Shown here in pieces: positions 61,345 to 64,000 of a DNA stretch of 64,000 nucleotides. Position numbers and translations under genes: made by a program. The stretch is from Euryarchaeota archaeon UBA605. GTDB taxonomy: Archaea > Thermoplasmatota > Poseidoniia > Poseidoniales > Thalassarchaeaceae. Where the stretch lies: positions 16,796 through 80,795 of the forward strand of contig DATY01000024.1 in the NCBI GenBank assembly GCA_002504905.1. Direction: 5' to 3'. The notes under the pieces were generated by a model. The model saw nothing but the letters and a program-made list of their open reading frames with translations, had not been told where the DNA came from and did not search any database. Position 1 is the stretch's first letter. Each line of letters starts with the position of its first letter.

Positions 61345-62496
61345 GTGGCCGAAATATCTGAAGAGTACCAACTATCTCCTTCCTCATGGAATAGATTTGA
61401 AGAGTGCCCAAGAAAATACTGGCTCTCAAGACAAAGATTACCTAGAAAAGCATCCATGGCGGCTTCATTAGGTAACGTTATCCACAATTCAATGGAAGAA
61501 ATTTGTAATCTAGATTTTGAAGATTATGACGATTCTAAAGTTGGGTGGCTATCTAATTTAATGAAAGAAACTATAGATAAACATTGGTCATTGGAAAAAG
61601 AAATCTTTCTTAATACACCCCGCAGACCAAGTTGGAAGTCCCAATCAATTGGAAAGGCAAGGGAAGGATTGGTTGGAGCCCTTAATATTCTTTTCAGCAA
61701 AACAAGGCATGCAGGAAAAAAGTTTTCAGAGATTTCTGTTAAAGATTGGAAAGAGATTAAATCAATTATCTTATCTAATGAAGAATCATTGATATCTAAT
61801 GATGGAAGACTAATTGGTAGGCTAGATCTGTTAATAGATAATCTAGATGAAGATGGTAACTCTAGAGGTTGGATAGTTGCAGATTTGAAAACTGGGAAAC
61901 CACCCAATTCAAAACTTAATGAAAAAGTAACTAGGCAGTTATTATTTTATAGAGATTTATTGAAAGAAACTAAACCAAATCACCCCAAAGTATCTGCTGA
62001 GGGCTGGTATTCATCTAATCAGAAAATATACTCTACGGATGGCGAATTTGTATTGAATGATGCAATCTTGGCTTGGAATCAAATGAAACTAACAAAGGCC
62101 CCTCCTGTTTCGACACCTAGTGAAGATGCGTGTGGATTTTGTGAGTTCAAGGCATGGTGTCCTGATTGGTGGATATCTAGAGATAGAGGGCATCTTTCAG
62201 ATAGGAATACATTTCGCGACGAGGTTGTTAAAATAGTCAAGTTTGACGAGTCTTCAGGTGCAGCAAGGTTTGAACGCCAATCTCCAGTAGGCTCAGAAGG
62301 TGAATTAACAAGCTCCGAGATAAGTTTTGGAGCGTTTATTAAAGGTCGAGCACTAATACAATTGAAGGAGATATTTTCTTCAGATTATGAAGGAGCATTA
62401 TTTTTGGGTAGCGTCAGATCTCAAGGACAAATTATTCACTTAGGAGATTGGAGCGAGATTCTTCCATGGTCTCCTTTATTGGAATCAATAAGATAA
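61345..62496 (+). CDS. Cas4/RecB-like PD-(D/E)XK nuclease with 4-Cys (Fe-S) signature and an extra C-terminal domain
   Basis: The N-terminal Cys is in FEECPRKYWL. The nuclease core is GRLDLLID...IVADLKTGKP, followed by the QxxxY motif QLLFYRDLL and the C-terminal Cys triad CGFCEFKAWC. A further ~110 aa of unknown fold follow. GTG start. Confidence 0.75.
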   Translation: MAEISEEYQLSPSSWNRFEECPRKYWLSRQRLPRKASMAASLGNVIHNSMEEICNLDFEDYDDSKVGWLSNLMKETIDKHWSLEKEIFLNTPRRPSWKSQSIGKAREGLVGALNILFSKTRHAGKKFSEISVKDWKEIKSIILSNEESLISNDGRLIGRLDLLIDNLDEDGNSRGWIVADLKTGKPPNSKLNEKVTRQLLFYRDLLKETKPNHPKVSAEGWYSSNQKIYSTDGEFVLNDAILAWNQMKLTKAPPVSTPSEDACGFCEFKAWCPDWWISRDRGHLSDRNTFRDEVVKIVKFDESSGAARFERQSPVGSEGELTSSEISFGAFIKGRALIQLKEIFSSDYEGALFLGSVRSQGQIIHLGDWSEILPWSPLLESIR

Positions 62497-62497
62497 T

Positions 62498-63310
62498 TCA
62501 GTCTTGAAAAGAATTTTTAAGTTTTTCACATACACTATTCTCTACAGGGCTTGAAGATGAAAATAGCCAATCCAAATATCGAGGATCATTCCGACTGATT
62601 TCACTTAAACTTCTACCTTTGTGTTTCCCAAAAGCAACAATGATATCTGAATTATTTATTCTCAATAATCCTCTTGATTGAGGAAACGGTTCTAAATCTT
62701 CTAGACCTGGACCAAGTGTATTTTCTTTTCTTACTCCTGATAAAGAGTCTTGTAAATCATCTATTGATCCTCTAAAGAATCTAGGGTTTTCTTTCATTAT
62801 TTTCCATAACAGAATCAAGGTTGCGCCTGCATCTGCATCTGCTCTGTGGGCATTATTAAGCTCAATTCCATATTTATTACATAATATTCCTAATTTATGT
62901 CTTCCTGGGATTTTTAATTTTCTAGCAATCACTAAGGTATCGATTATTGCTCTTGGTTTAGGTGTTTCAACCCCTGCTCGGAGGCATTCAATTTCAAGAA
63001 GTTTCCAATCAAATTTTATTATGTTATGGCCAACAATTATTGAACCGTCAATTATCTTTGATATCTCGCCAATGTGTTGTGAGAAATTACCTGCATCTTT
63101 GACATCTTGATCTTTAATACCATGGATATTCGATGCTTCAAAAGGTATCCTTTTCTCGGGATAAACTAATGATTGGACATTAATTATACTTCCATCAACG
63201 TCACTGCCAATTAATGCGTATTCGACAATTCTCTCTTTCCTGATATCAAATCCTGTAGTTTCTAAATCAAATCCAATGACCCGGAAGCCATCAAAAATCT
63301 CCCCAGCCAT
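62498..63310 (-). CDS. DEDDh 3'-5' exonuclease (DnaQ/epsilon-like) with a C-terminal DUF3820-like tail
   Basis: Exo I is VIGFDLETTG, Exo II is VGHNIIKFDWKLL and Exo III is HRADADAGAT. The C-terminal FGKHKGRSLSEISRNDPRYLDWL resembles the DUF3820 / exodeoxyribonuclease X C-terminal motif. Confidence 0.85.
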   Translation of the reverse strand: MAGEIFDGFRVIGFDLETTGFDIRKERIVEYALIGSDVDGSIINVQSLVYPEKRIPFEASNIHGIKDQDVKDAGNFSQHIGEISKIIDGSIIVGHNIIKFDWKLLEIECLRAGVETPKPRAIIDTLVIARKLKIPGRHKLGILCNKYGIELNNAHRADADAGATLILLWKIMKENPRFFRGSIDDLQDSLSGVRKENTLGPGLEDLEPFPQSRGLLRINNSDIIVAFGKHKGRSLSEISRNDPRYLDWLFSSSSPVENSVCEKLKNSFQD

Positions 63311-63436
63311 GATTTATCGAAACACACTCACCCAATGAACTAATCCATCGGCCCCTTTCAAATCATATATTTTTGATATTTAATTGGTGTATTTTTCCAA
63401 CATCGCTATGAACGTTATATCTTGCACAGACGTCCA

Positions 63437-64000
63437 ATGTCACCAACTAAGATTGGAACTTTCACTATATGTTGTATGATTTTAATGGTATCATTAGCTG
63501 GTTGTACTGGGCTATCACCTACAACACCCAATGCTGAAATATCTTCTGATGTAAATGAAATTAATGTAGGTGATGTAATAAATTTTGATGGCCGTGACTC
63601 GACATCCCCTTCCCCTACAATAATAGTAGATTATAATTGGAATTTTGGTGATGGCGAAACAAGACTGACTAAGTCAGGAATCATAAGCCACTATTTTCAA
63701 AACCCTGGAAGCCATGAAGTCGAACTAACGGTAACTAACGATTATGGAGAATCAGATTCAATCTCAATGACTATTTTTGTTAATTCTCCACCTTCAATAA
63801 TCATTGAAGCTCCTGGTTATGTAAAGACTGGTGAAATAGCAACACTAGATGCAACCAATTCTTTTGACCCTGAAGGCGGCAATTTAGAATTTATTTGGGA
63901 TTTTGATAAGTCAATTGACAGTGACGGAGACGGAGATCCCGCTGGTGATGCGGACTCGATAGAACCAATAGCAGATATTGAATTTTTAGAAGCTGGTAAC
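63437..64000 (+). CDS. Lipobox-bearing surface protein with PKD-like repeats (partial, runs off the right edge)
   Basis: Absent from the ORF track because there is no stop. My translation gives MSPTKIGTFTICCMILMVSLAGCTG.. (lipobox LAGC). Two PKD-like units follow: INFDGRDSTSP...YNWNFGDGET...HYFQNPGSHEVELTVTNDYGESD and LDATNSFDPEGGNLEFIWDFD. Confidence 0.7.
   Translation, partial: MSPTKIGTFTICCMILMVSLAGCTGLSPTTPNAEISSDVNEINVGDVINFDGRDSTSPSPTIIVDYNWNFGDGETRLTKSGIISHYFQNPGSHEVELTVTNDYGESDSISMTIFVNSPPSIIIEAPGYVKTGEIATLDATNSFDPEGGNLEFIWDFDKSIDSDGDGDPAGDADSIEPIADIEFLEAGN

Noticed and set aside
61345-62496. CRISPR-Cas association of the Cas4-like nuclease.
   Set aside because: I saw no repeat-spacer array and no other cas genes anywhere in the 64 kb, so I treat it as a solo RecB/Cas4-family nuclease.
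58253-63310. Genomic island integrated at tRNA-Pro (ligA, PAC2-like, Cas4-like nuclease and DnaQ-like exonuclease directly downstream of a tRNA).
   Set aside because: There is no integrase or recombinase. I could not find a direct repeat of the tRNA 3' end downstream. Composition looks like the flanks, and PAC2 is a core archaeal gene.
1-64000. Recoding events (selenocysteine, pyrrolysine, programmed frameshifts), pseudogenes, rRNA, RNase P/SRP RNA and C/D-box sRNAs.
   Set aside because: All recognisable genes are intact single ORFs. No spacer is long enough for, or resembles, the large structured RNAs. I could not identify convincing C/D box pairs by eye, and a covariance-model scan would be needed to exclude small RNAs.

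Overview
The window is AT-rich and almost entirely coding: about 55 protein genes, 3 tRNAs, and no rRNA, CRISPR array, transposase or integrase. Spacers are mostly under 150 nt, and several convergent gene pairs abut or overlap. The information-processing genes are clearly archaeal: Topo VI A/B, TFB, RFC, RpoN, RpoP, the L18e-L13-S9 cluster, diphthine synthase, Trm5 and a PAC2 chaperone. They sit among bacterial-type genes: NAD-dependent LigA, pyruvoyl PanD, RlmH, a PlsC/LPLAT-like acyltransferase and a long-form B12 ribonucleotide reductase. There is also a large surface proteome: an MMPL transporter, two giant anchored proteins of 1690 and about 2656 aa, and a PKD lipoprotein. I infer from gene content alone that this is a streamlined planktonic marine euryarchaeon of the Marine Group II / Poseidoniales type; no marker search was possible. 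I found no defence island or mobile element and no convincing multi-gene novel system. Most of the window is core genome. The features most worth follow-up are listed here.
- A seven-fold propeller-like repeat is interrupted by a MIDAS/vWA-like insert in the 1690-aa protein, giving an integrin-alpha-like topology.
- The 2656-aa protein carries about 30 thrombospondin-type-3-like Ca-binding repeats, a cupredoxin-like module without copper ligands, and a cytoplasmic DUF4129-like tail.
- A 1123-aa helical-repeat protein ends in a split PIN nuclease domain.
- RpoP carries an extra N-terminal zinc ribbon.
- An aconitase-family enzyme is circularly permuted.
- An acyltransferase is fused to a membrane domain.
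- A GC-rich, foldable leader lies upstream of the L18e-L13-S9-RpoN operon.
- A perfect 14-bp palindrome lies at the predicted tfb transcription start.
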